From positions 8,571-72,570 of the forward strand of contig CALYQD010000004.1 in the NCBI GenBank assembly GCA_945280365.1: a stretch of 64,000 bases of DNA, given 5' to 3'. This DNA comes from an uncultured Apibacter sp. (GTDB lineage: Bacteria > Bacteroidota > Bacteroidia > Flavobacteriales > Weeksellaceae). Shown piece by piece: positions 41,179 through 50,082 of this stretch. Position 1 is the first letter of the stretch, and every line of letters starts with the position of its first letter. The position numbers and the translations under genes were made by a program. The notes below the pieces were generated by a model. The model was not told the DNA's origin and did not search any database. It saw only the letters and a program-made list of their open reading frames with translations.

Positions 41179-41580
41179 TTATTTGTTTAACAATTTCTCT
41201 ATCAACTCATTCTTTTCATTTATCATTCTCTCATATAATTCCTGCTTTTCTTTATGTAATTCTTCTTTTTCGCTGTAAAGTTGCAGAATCTTATCAATGG
41301 GATTGAAAGTACATTTATAATGAAATGTATCAATAGTATTTGCAATAAAGTTCAGAGCTCCCTCATCATTAAAGTTCTCTATAGCTTCTACTGGTAACTT
41401 TAGAATTTTAGCTACCTTTTCCAAAGTATCTTTTTCTTCTTTACTTTCTAATTTAGATACAGCTGCCTGAGTAATGTTTAATTCCACTGCCAATGCATCT
41501 TGTTTTACTCCCAGCATTTCTCTCAGTCTTTTTATATTCCTTCCGTGATGTGCTTTTTTTGATGCTGTATCTGTATTCAT
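41179..41580 (-). CDS. XRE-family HTH transcriptional regulator with C-terminal coiled coil
   Basis: 133 aa with HTH_3-like NIKRLREMLGVKQDALAVELNITQAAVSKLE and a heptad-rich tail. Confidence 0.75.
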   Translation of the reverse strand: MNTDTASKKAHHGRNIKRLREMLGVKQDALAVELNITQAAVSKLESKEEKDTLEKVAKILKLPVEAIENFNDEGALNFIANTIDTFHYKCTFNPIDKILQLYSEKEELHKEKQELYERMINEKNELIEKLLNK

Positions 41581-41681
41581 AATTTATTAATTTTTCTATT
41601 CACAAAAATATAAAATAATCCGCTAAAAATAACTTATTCTTTTTCAGTTATCTTATTTTAACCCAAGTTATAAATTATTGT

Positions 41682-41977
41682 ATGTATGTTCGTTTACTTT
41701 ACAAAATAAAAGCATGTGAAGTGAATGAAGAATCAGTATATAAGGTGAAAGACTTTTTAATATATCTAAAAGATATTTCGGAAATAAAGGATTATAAGCA
41801 TTTAGAATATACTTTAAAATCCATGCTAAGTATTTTCAGACTGCAATACTAACGGAAATAGAGCATCCGGAACTGGTAGATCATATTAAATGGGATATTT
41901 ACAATTTACTAAACTCAGCTAAAGGCTTAATTTCTGAATCGGAATTTGAATTTTTAGATAAATTATATACCAAATAG
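41682..41977 (+). pseudogene. small ORF apparently split by a frameshift (56 codons, then about 47 codons in another frame)
   Basis: MYVRLLYK...SIFRLQY* is followed in the +2 frame by FQTAILTEIEHPELVDHIKWDIYNLL...LYTK*. The two frames overlap at about 41845. Confidence 0.3.
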
Positions 41978-42367
41978 TAATCAGTTTATCTTTTTATTTT
42001 AGCTAATAAATATATTCAGTTTTTCGGGAAACTTATAAGGTTAGGATAATAAACAGATAGATTAATTTTAAATTGTTTTTTGATAAGGTAGCTAAGTAAG
42101 AAAGAATTTTTCTCTTTTTTCTTAGTTTTTATTTTTTTTGAACATTAGTTATTTATAGCTTAATCCCCTTATCTGATACATTACTCTAATTTTTTTTATA
42201 GAGATGTAGAACTTTATTATTTTTTATTATTTCATAAGGGAATTTTTTGATTGACCAGTCCTTATCGTTTTTACATTTTATCATAATTAATAAGACAGAG
42301 ATTTTATTACCTTCTTTATTAGAAATTATAGTATCGATTCCTTTTGCTGCAGCATAATATATATTTT

Positions 42368-42595
42368 TTAAATATCATTTTCTAAACTTGATTGTAGTAT
42401 TTTTAACATTTTTGATGAATCATTTTCATCATCATGGACCATTATTAAATCAATTTTTTTTGTTTGATCATTTAAGGCCGATGCATAAGGGGCAAATTCA
42501 CCTATTTCAAATAAATATAATTTTGTTTGAATTTTTATATTATTAATTAAATTGTTTAAATTATCTTCCATTTTTATTTGTTTTGGGTTACACAC
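42368..42595 (-). CDS. hypothetical small protein, possibly the 5' part of a frameshifted gene
   Basis: The track start is GTG, and the ATG at 42571 (MEDNLNNL) is more likely. After its stop in an A6 tract, a different frame stays open for about 65 more codons, down to about 42170. Confidence 0.35.
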   Translation of the reverse strand: MCNPKQIKMEDNLNNLINNIKIQTKLYLFEIGEFAPYASALNDQTKKIDLIMVHDDENDSSKMLKILQSSLENDI

Positions 42596-42600
42596 AATTT

Positions 42601-42760
42601 GGATATTGTTTATAATCCTCCTTTAATACTTTGGTAAAATAGCGCTTTTTAAATCTTTTATTCGCCCCTTATTGGAAATCATCAGATAACCCTTCAAAAT
42701 CGAGATAATTTTTCCAGATTTCTCCAGGAAAGTCTTTTAGAGATAAAAAAGTAGTTTCAT
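42601..42760 (-). pseudogene. truncated, frameshifted 5' fragment of a NUMOD4/HNH endonuclease gene (paralogue of 50083..51390)
   Basis: About 160 bp aligns to 51214-51390 (for example TTGGAAATCATCAGATAAC(C)CTTCAAAATCG.GA.AAT.TTTCCAGATTTCTCC). It has an extra C, an early stop and a small deletion. Its ATG (42758-42760) lies 1 nt after the helicase stop codon. Confidence 0.75.
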
Positions 42761-42761
42761 A

Positions 42762-44885
42762 CTATTTTATCACTAATTTAATTGATTTTAAAAATTTTAT
42801 AGTGCTTTCTAAATCATAATACTTTTGTTTTAACAAACTAATTTGGTATTTTTTAGGTAGTAATATACCCCATTTAGAAAAATCAAGAATGGTTGGGTTT
42901 TTCTCTAATAATTTTGATAAATGGTTGTCTACGTATACTATAGAATTTAGGAGTGTATCTGTAAAATTGTCCCAAACAATATTTGATGTAGAAAATTCAA
43001 AAAAACTATCATTATCAGTCATTATATTTTGTATATCCATAATAGTTAATAATAACTGTATAGTTCTGTTTATCCTGGTTCCTGTAAAAGTATATAATTG
43101 GGCTTTATTTTCTTTTAAAAACAAAGGTCTTTCTTCAGATGGTTTTAGTATATTAAATGGTGAGAATTTTTGTCGAAGTTTATTGATTTCTTCAGAGCTG
43201 GGTTGATCTAAAAATAAATATTCTTCTTCAGAAATAAGGATTTCCAACATTTTTTCTCTTATTCTAGGGTGCACCAAACCTCCACTTCCAAAGAATAAAG
43301 GATTTTTTCCATCTTTAGCAGGACAAACTTCTATTTTATGAGATTTGAAATCAATCAATTTTATTTTCCAAATTTTGGCAGCCAATAAAATATTTTCATC
43401 TTCTCTTATCTGAGGAGAAAAAGGTATTTCTCCTATTGTATTACCTGAGTTTGTGACCTTATAGTGTTCTTCTGTTTTGAATACACTGTAGAAATCACGG
43501 CTATTTACGAATTTTTCCCCTTCAATACCAATAATAATTTCTTTGTCAATCTTTTCTAATATATCATTGCTAATTAAATAATCTATTATTTCATTAATTT
43601 CCTCCTTAGATATATGAATGAATGTAAAATTATTTTCTATTTTCTTTGTCAATTCAATTTCATTAACGCCAGAATATTCCTTGACTATGGATAAGATCTG
43701 GTGAAGCATTATATCAAAAGGTTTTTCTATAAATAAAGGAGGTTCTATAAATTCTTCCTTATATAATAACCAGGATGCTAGTGATTGTAATAAACTCCAT
43801 TTATTAGTTGAATAGAGATATAATTTACTTTTAATTCCTTCTTTTCTTCCGCTTCTTCCGACACGCTGGATCAAAGAAGCTATACTATGTGTAGCATCTA
43901 CCTGAATTACTTTATCCACGTTACCTATGTCAATACCTAATTCAAGAGTGGAGGTGCAAGCAATTGTAAAATTTTCTTTTTTATTATTTTTGGCAAAAAA
44001 TTCTACATATTCTCTGACATCTTTATTAACAGATGAATGATGAGAAAAATAGTTTTTATGTCCACCTACTCGCTCTGCTATTTTTTTTAATTTAACAGCT
44101 ATTTCTTCAACCTTACCTCTATTATTGGGGAAAATTAATACTTTGTTATCCTTTGTTTCTCTATATATGTTTTTTAATAGTTCCAAAGAATATTCTACGG
44201 TCTCTATTTTAAAATATCTGAAAATGACTTGAATTTCATTAGTAGTTTTATCTATGAGAACTTTAGTTTCATTATCATTACCTACAAATTGTTTAGCTTC
44301 TTCATAATCCCCTATAGTTGCAGATAATCCAATTATTCGAAAGGGAACTGTATTTATTTTTTGTAAACGAGATAGAATAGACTTAAGCTGTATTCCTCTG
44401 TCTGTTCCTATAAAAGAATGAATCTCATCTATTACTACAAACTTCAAATTAGAAAAGAGATATTTAATATTATAGGGATTATTTACAAACATAGCTTCTA
44501 AAGATTCAGGAGTAATTAAAACAATTCCCTTAGGGTCCATTAAAAGGTGCTTTTTTTGTGTTCGGTTTGCCTCTCCATGCCACTTAGTTACAGGCACCTC
44601 TAAATAATGACATAGTTCTTCAATACGATAAAACTGATCATTAATCAGAGCTATTAATGGAGAAATATATAAAACCTGAACTCCTGATTTATTAAAATTA
44701 ACAGATGATAATATAGGAAGAAAAGCAGCTTCAGTTTTTCCAGATGCAGTTTTAGAAACAAGAATATAGTTATGGCTCGTTGTTAAAATACGTGTGATTG
44801 CTGCTGCTTGAATAGCCCGCAATTCTTCCCAGCGTTTATCTCTAATATATTTTCTGATAGGCTCAGATAGCAATTGAATAGGCAT
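42762..44885 (-). CDS. sngC: Lhr-like DExH-box SF2 helicase (Shango SngC-like)
   Basis: 707 aa. Motif I TASGKTEAA, Ia PLIALINDQ, II DEIH, III LSAT, VI QRVGRSGR, with a long C-terminal extension. Its ATG shares one base with the upstream TAA. Confidence 0.7.
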   Translation of the reverse strand: MPIQLLSEPIRKYIRDKRWEELRAIQAAAITRILTTSHNYILVSKTASGKTEAAFLPILSSVNFNKSGVQVLYISPLIALINDQFYRIEELCHYLEVPVTKWHGEANRTQKKHLLMDPKGIVLITPESLEAMFVNNPYNIKYLFSNLKFVVIDEIHSFIGTDRGIQLKSILSRLQKINTVPFRIIGLSATIGDYEEAKQFVGNDNETKVLIDKTTNEIQVIFRYFKIETVEYSLELLKNIYRETKDNKVLIFPNNRGKVEEIAVKLKKIAERVGGHKNYFSHHSSVNKDVREYVEFFAKNNKKENFTIACTSTLELGIDIGNVDKVIQVDATHSIASLIQRVGRSGRKEGIKSKLYLYSTNKWSLLQSLASWLLYKEEFIEPPLFIEKPFDIMLHQILSIVKEYSGVNEIELTKKIENNFTFIHISKEEINEIIDYLISNDILEKIDKEIIIGIEGEKFVNSRDFYSVFKTEEHYKVTNSGNTIGEIPFSPQIREDENILLAAKIWKIKLIDFKSHKIEVCPAKDGKNPLFFGSGGLVHPRIREKMLEILISEEEYLFLDQPSSEEINKLRQKFSPFNILKPSEERPLFLKENKAQLYTFTGTRINRTIQLLLTIMDIQNIMTDNDSFFEFSTSNIVWDNFTDTLLNSIVYVDNHLSKLLEKNPTILDFSKWGILLPKKYQISLLKQKYYDLESTIKFLKSIKLVIK

Positions 44886-46198
44886 TATAATTCTTCAATA
44901 TTATCTAATAAGGTTTCCTCATTTGGACGTTCATCTGAAATTTCAATCTCTCCAAATAATTTAGATTTATCCACTTCTGGGTTCTGACGAAGTATATTAA
45001 GGATATTAAGAAAATCTCTAATAACTTCTCTTGGAGTTAAAAATTCAGAAGCTCCAGGTTTATTGAATATTTCTTCCATAAAAGAGTGGATATCATCATT
45101 AGAAATATCTATGAGAGTTTTATAATTAAAATCAAAAATTTCTTTAAGTTTTTTTAATAAAACGAAGATTTCATTATGATCCAAAGGCATTAATCGGATT
45201 ACGGGTTGAGCAAAGTCTCTTATTTCTAAAGTCTCAAACTTATTAGTTTCCAATCTTGATTTTAATGCATGATAGCTGAACAATCCTCTACGCTCATTTT
45301 CCAAAAATTCTTTAGTTCCTGCATAGTTAAAAAATAAATTAGTTACTTTTCCCTGAAAACAATCATTATAAATAGCTAATATTTTTTCATAGTTTTTTTC
45401 TCTCATGACAGCTGTTGAAATTTTGTACAAATTAATAGCTTCATCCAAGTTAATCATAAATCCACTGTATCCCATGCTAACAAATAATTTACAGAAATTT
45501 TTAAGCATATCATAATAATTCTGATCATTAATTATTTCTCGAACCCCTAAATCTTGACGTGCTTCTGTTTTAGTAGTATATTCACCTTTTAACCATTTTA
45601 AAGCATTCCTTCTAAGTTGTTCTTCATCTTGGATGTATCCTTCATAATATTTTATGATCACTGTTCCAAAATCAAAACCTCCTACTTCGGTAATTCCATT
45701 GATGGTTTTCATTATGTTGTTCCGGATTAAATCAATATAATCCTCATTATGTATTTCACTAACTAATATATTATTTTCTTGAGCTGTTTTTATAATGATC
45801 TGCTCAATCCATTTTTCCATTAAAATAGGCAAGGCACCTCCTTCAGGTTTGGTTTGTATGGCTATATTATCCATTATTGACTTGTATAAAGAAACCGCCT
45901 TTCCATCATTAGAATATAAACGATTTTCAGGTGTAAAATCAGCATTAGCTACAACAAATTTTTGTTTTAATGCAACCGTATTTAATAAATGAAGCATAAA
46001 TGATTTTCCAGAACCAAAATCGCCAATCCAAAACTTAACCAAACTATGTCCATTTTTTACATCTTCTAATGCTGAGACAAAAGCTGTTATTTCTTCAGAA
46101 CGTCCTACTGTTATATGTTGTACTCCTATTTTCGGAACTACTCCGCTTACGAGTGAATTAATAATTGCTGTGGCTTCTTTAGGCTTAATATTTATCAT
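44885..46198 (-). CDS. sngB: P-loop ATPase, DUF2791/BrxD-like (Shango SngB-like)
   Basis: 437 aa. Walker A GDFGSGKS, Walker B FMINLDEA. The N-terminal block VPKIGVQHITVGR..E resembles the DUF2791 family. Confidence 0.65.
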   Translation of the reverse strand: MINIKPKEATAIINSLVSGVVPKIGVQHITVGRSEEITAFVSALEDVKNGHSLVKFWIGDFGSGKSFMLHLLNTVALKQKFVVANADFTPENRLYSNDGKAVSLYKSIMDNIAIQTKPEGGALPILMEKWIEQIIIKTAQENNILVSEIHNEDYIDLIRNNIMKTINGITEVGGFDFGTVIIKYYEGYIQDEEQLRRNALKWLKGEYTTKTEARQDLGVREIINDQNYYDMLKNFCKLFVSMGYSGFMINLDEAINLYKISTAVMREKNYEKILAIYNDCFQGKVTNLFFNYAGTKEFLENERRGLFSYHALKSRLETNKFETLEIRDFAQPVIRLMPLDHNEIFVLLKKLKEIFDFNYKTLIDISNDDIHSFMEEIFNKPGASEFLTPREVIRDFLNILNILRQNPEVDKSKLFGEIEISDERPNEETLLDNIEEL

Positions 46199-48231
46199 TT
46201 TATAGTTATTTTTTGGTAGTAATCTTTTAAAATAGTGTAAAATTCATCTTCTTCTTCAATCAATATATCATCCAGAACTTCATAATAAATTTCATTAATA
46301 CTGTCTATCAAATGATTTTTAAAAATATTGTTGTCTTTTGCATAAATATCAAAGTCTTCAAAAGAAACGCACAAACTATTTTTTGCAAAAAAATTTAAAA
46401 CATCTATTTGAATAGAAGATAAATTTTCACCATTTAAATAAATAGACTTATTTGACTCAATTGTTTTTTTGGAAACTATTTTAATTTCATTAGCATTAAT
46501 GTCTTGTGATTTTGTTGATAAACTTTCACTTTCATCTTGTAAATATTCATTTAATAACTCTACAGTTTCTGAATGTTGTTCTTGTACTTCTTTTATGATT
46601 GATTTATTAAGATTAATTTTTTTACGTCTTGCTTTATAAATGGAAGAAACTGAACTTAAAGCCTCATCTAAATTTCTAGTTTTAATTAATTTTTCTACAA
46701 TAATTTCAAAGTCATGAAACTGTTCATTAGTTTTGAAAAGATTTTTTTGTATTGTTTTAGTTAAAGGTTTATTGTTGAAAGTCGAAGATTTTAAATCATA
46801 GTACAAGTAATAAATATATAGTGATAATGCTATTTCTTTATCATACTTAGCTATGAATTTTGATGAATCAAAGAATATATTTTCAATAGAAGGATTATTT
46901 TCATTAAGTTTTCCTAATGAAATAATATCGTTTAAAAACTGCTTTGGATCTCCATTATAATTTTCCGTAATCTTAGAAAATTTTATTTTCCACCGGGTTG
47001 TATTTTGAGTATATAATTTTATATCTGTAGCTTCATCGGGAAGATTGATTATAGATGTTAATTTAAATAAAGTTTGGGTTATGGTAGGAACTATTTTTTC
47101 TTGATATAGATTATTAATTTCAGGCATATGCAGAGAAAAATCAGTATTTAGTTTTCTCTTATGGCCATAAAATTCACGGACAGCATTTTCGCAAAGTTTG
47201 AAAATATTTTGATAAAAATACTTAATTGTATCTTCAAAAGCGTAATTATAATTGTGACTACCTTTTCTGTATTTGTAATACTTTTTTATATAAAGATCTG
47301 CAATTTCTGTAATAAATTGTTCTAAATTTTTTTCTCCTTCAATTTGAGTATCTTGTAAAGTCTCAAATAATGATAAATAAAGTCTGAGTGTTTCAATTAA
47401 ACAAGCTTCTATTTCAGTAAAGGTGTTGGGTGAAAAATATAATTTATTTAATAATTCAACTTCCTTATCATTTAACTTTAGTTTGTTTTTATAGCGGTTT
47501 CCTAAACGCCAGTAATCATACCCATAGTAGTCATAAGGATTGTTTTCAATAATTCTATTTATATTTTCTTCATCGCCTATATTTTCTAATTTTTTAATTA
47601 AAAATGAAATACAGTAAGATTTAGTTCTACTATAATGAAAACCAAGAAGATCCAATTGCTTTTCCAAAACTTGAATGTCCTTGTGTACTTCATATTCATT
47701 TAATAAGTCAAATAACAGAATAAAGGCATAATTCCAATTTCCATATAAATTATTATATTCACCATTGAGGAAATCTGTTTTAAAAGCTTGATAAAATTTT
47801 TTTTGTTCTGGAGTAGCCTCATCTAAATCAGAATAAGAATATATATATTTATGAGGCCAATAGGGAACTCCATATTGATTTATTAATGGTTCATTGTAGG
47901 AAAATAAAACGTGTTTTAAATTATAGTTGTCAGAATTAAAGGTATTTGATTCTGATAAATTAGGACGAAGACTACATGTTTCATTAGAAATATCTTCAAT
48001 AGAATTATTGGATTCGTTCATTATTTTATTTGAAGTGCTATTCTCTTTAATAGTAGAGTTAGAAATAAAATTATTTATAACCTTAATAGACTCCGTATTG
48101 TTATAAGTTGAATCTTTTTCCTGTAGATTTTTTAAGTGATTATTGTAAACATTTTTATTCTTTTGTTTAGATGAATTCTTATTCAAAAAAACAACTAAAA
48201 GTGTTATAAATGTGATAATTAGTAAAATCAT
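46195..48231 (-). CDS. sngA: membrane-anchored TerB-N/TerB-C domain protein (Shango SngA-like)
   Basis: 678 aa. It has an N-terminal TM helix and an Asn/Ser-rich linker. The TerB-N-like motif is VPYWPHKYIYSYSDLDEATPEQKKFYQAF. The TerB-C-like acidic blocks are SETVELLNEYLQDESE and INEIYYEVLDDILIEEEDE. Overlaps sngB by 4 nt (ATGA). Confidence 0.65.
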   Translation of the reverse strand: MILLIITFITLLVVFLNKNSSKQKNKNVYNNHLKNLQEKDSTYNNTESIKVINNFISNSTIKENSTSNKIMNESNNSIEDISNETCSLRPNLSESNTFNSDNYNLKHVLFSYNEPLINQYGVPYWPHKYIYSYSDLDEATPEQKKFYQAFKTDFLNGEYNNLYGNWNYAFILLFDLLNEYEVHKDIQVLEKQLDLLGFHYSRTKSYCISFLIKKLENIGDEENINRIIENNPYDYYGYDYWRLGNRYKNKLKLNDKEVELLNKLYFSPNTFTEIEACLIETLRLYLSLFETLQDTQIEGEKNLEQFITEIADLYIKKYYKYRKGSHNYNYAFEDTIKYFYQNIFKLCENAVREFYGHKRKLNTDFSLHMPEINNLYQEKIVPTITQTLFKLTSIINLPDEATDIKLYTQNTTRWKIKFSKITENYNGDPKQFLNDIISLGKLNENNPSIENIFFDSSKFIAKYDKEIALSLYIYYLYYDLKSSTFNNKPLTKTIQKNLFKTNEQFHDFEIIVEKLIKTRNLDEALSSVSSIYKARRKKINLNKSIIKEVQEQHSETVELLNEYLQDESESLSTKSQDINANEIKIVSKKTIESNKSIYLNGENLSSIQIDVLNFFAKNSLCVSFEDFDIYAKDNNIFKNHLIDSINEIYYEVLDDILIEEEDEFYTILKDYYQKITIK

Positions 48232-48253
48232 GTAGTTATTAGTTCTTATATTT

Positions 48254-48261
48254 CAAAGATA
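48254..48261 (-). promoter_or_regulatory. candidate -7 promoter element for the three-gene operon
   Basis: The minus strand reads TATCTTTG (TAnnTTTG consensus of Bacteroidota), 22 nt upstream of the sngA ATG. No clear -33 TTG. Confidence 0.35.
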
Positions 48262-48436
48262 TAAATTTTTGGTCATTTTTTATCCAGCTATTTTAATGCG
48301 AATAATTTTTTATTATAAAATAACTATATTTTATATAAATTATGATAGTTGTTTGATTTGTGTATATTCTTACTAATTTATTATAATAGGTCTCTATTCA
48401 CAGCTTCTTCAAATAAGATAATTGTACGGGAGTTAA

Positions 48437-48834
48437 CTATTCGGTTAGGCACTCGGAAGAGGTATTCATCCAACCATTTGTATTTAGATCAAAGAACCAT
48501 TTTTCAAACTCATAAATTGTTTTAGATGAAGGCTGAGGTTTTTCATAACTAGGAAGATTAAACCCGAACCTCTCAAAGATCCTTTTGTATTTTATTGCAG
48601 TAAATATGATATACTGGGCCTGGGCATAAATCATTGGAGGAAGATGGCTTTTTTCTTTTTTTAGATTTGTTCTTTATATCCGGTTCTGGGAAAATTTTGC
48701 TTCCGTATTTTTGATTACTTCAATCAAATCCCTTTCGGGTTTTTCTCTTTTCTGATGAATTGGGCTTTGGAACAGGTGAATTTAGGAGTCCATAATTCCA
48801 GCCACTCTTTTTTCATGACTTCTGCTATTTCCAT
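48437..48834 (-). pseudogene. degraded gene of unknown identity (at least one frameshift and one in-frame stop)
   Basis: The minus strand reads MEIAEVMKKEWLELWTPKF...KGI*, then shifts frame to LIEVIKNTEAKFSQNRI*RTNLKKEKSHLPPMIYAQAQ... The last piece is the 65-aa ORF-track entry. Confidence 0.35.
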
Positions 48835-49247
48835 GTTACTATGTTAATAGGAAAATGAGGATTGTAGGTTATTTTCTGAGGATTGAAAAAACAATAAGAT
48901 TTTCTATTAATAGATTTAATATTAATAATTATTCAATTGAAGTTTGATGGTAATCCAATAAATGAATTAAAAAAAGAGAGTTAAAAAATTATTTTAGATA
49001 ATTTAAATTTGGCTGATAATTATCATAATAAATTTATTTCGTATTTGTCAACAGTATGTTAATAAATTAGTTAAATATTAATACTGTGTAATTTAGCAAA
49101 GCTAATACGTAAAAACAAGTGCCACATTATTATATCAAGAATTATTTAATGCTGAAAAGCACTAATATAAGAGATATTTTTGTTTTTATATAAAATAAAA
49201 AACTTAAAATATTTTTTATATTTGAATGTAATTAAATAACTATAAAA

Positions 49248-49721
49248 ATGAAAAAATTATTCTTGTTTGTCATTGTGTTTATTGGATTAACACAATTGTC
49301 ATCATGTTCAGATGATGATAGTGTAAGTAAAAATGTTACACTCCAAGATCTTGGAATAGAATATGGTGCTGAATATGAAGTTCAAGTTTACGTGAAAATA
49401 GATAAAGATAAGTGGGGGTATGTAGATTTTTCTCCAAAAGTTTATATCACATTTATAGACGAAAACTTTGTACGGGAAAAAAATGAAAATGGAGCTTTTA
49501 TGAATCAATATTCATTAATACCTACCAAATTATCTTCCTATCCTAATCCAAATTTAAAAGTAGAAACTAAATTAAATTTTATCAAATACGCTCCAAATGC
49601 GGTTAAAACCTACGTAATTAACCCTAGGGAAAATTGTAAATTAATTAGAGATTCAGGGCGATTGATCCTAAAAAAACCAATAGATAATAATACTAATGAT
49701 TTTTTTAGATTGGTGAGATAA
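49248..49721 (+). CDS. hypothetical lipoprotein
   Basis: 157 aa with signal peptide and lipobox LTQLSSC. No recognised domain. Confidence 0.5.
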   Translation: MKKLFLFVIVFIGLTQLSSCSDDDSVSKNVTLQDLGIEYGAEYEVQVYVKIDKDKWGYVDFSPKVYITFIDENFVREKNENGAFMNQYSLIPTKLSSYPNPNLKVETKLNFIKYAPNAVKTYVINPRENCKLIRDSGRLILKKPIDNNTNDFFRLVR

Positions 49722-49911
49722 TAATTCCACTATGCTTTAAATATAATCATTCATTTTCTATTTAAAACATTTAACGTATAAATTTTTTACGATAGGTTTT
49801 GAAGTTTAAAATTTTTTAGAAATTTTACCTAATAAAGTTCCTTTGTTTTTTATAGAACAAACTTTTAATTGAATAAATATAACTCCTGAATATATGCAAA
49901 ATGACTCAAAA

Positions 49912-49983
49912 TCTTCGGTAGTTATTTCAAGAGCAACTTTTCTGTGAATCAGAAGATCGCCAGTTTAATCCCAGCTGAAGGAG
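49912..49983 (+). pseudogene. degenerate tRNA-Asn-like copy (pseudo-tRNA), with a decayed copy of the downstream terminator to about 50046
   Basis: Colinear with 40900-41036: AGAGCA, CTGTGAATCAGA vs CTGTTAATCAGA, GATCGCCAGTTTAATCCCAGCTGAAGGAGCT vs GGTCGCTGGTTCGAGCCCAGCAGGAGGAGCT, then AAAAGGTTA...TTGTAACCTTTTT. The D, T and acceptor stems no longer pair. Confidence 0.7.
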
Positions 49984-50082
49984 CTGAAAATAAAAAGGTT
50001 ATAGATATAAAAATTTGTAACCTTTTTTATTTGACAAAATTTGCCTATATAAACTATGGTTATTAAAAAAAAATCTAACTTT

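Larger units (their letters stand above)
40974..49911. mobile_element. decayed tRNA-Asn-associated accessory (defence) island, no recombinase recognised
   Basis: Bounded by the intact tRNA-Asn and a degenerate tRNA-Asn-like copy with terminator. The content is regulator, pseudogenes, a Shango-like operon and a lipoprotein. Confidence 0.5.

Noticed and set aside
49912-49983. Possible second functional tRNA-Asn gene.
   Set aside because: Its acceptor, D and T stems contain multiple mismatches. The T loop is TTTAATC instead of TTCGAGC, the D loop lacks GG, and the anticodon-arm region (TTCTGTGAATCAGA) cannot form the standard 5-bp stem. I treat it as a pseudo-tRNA.
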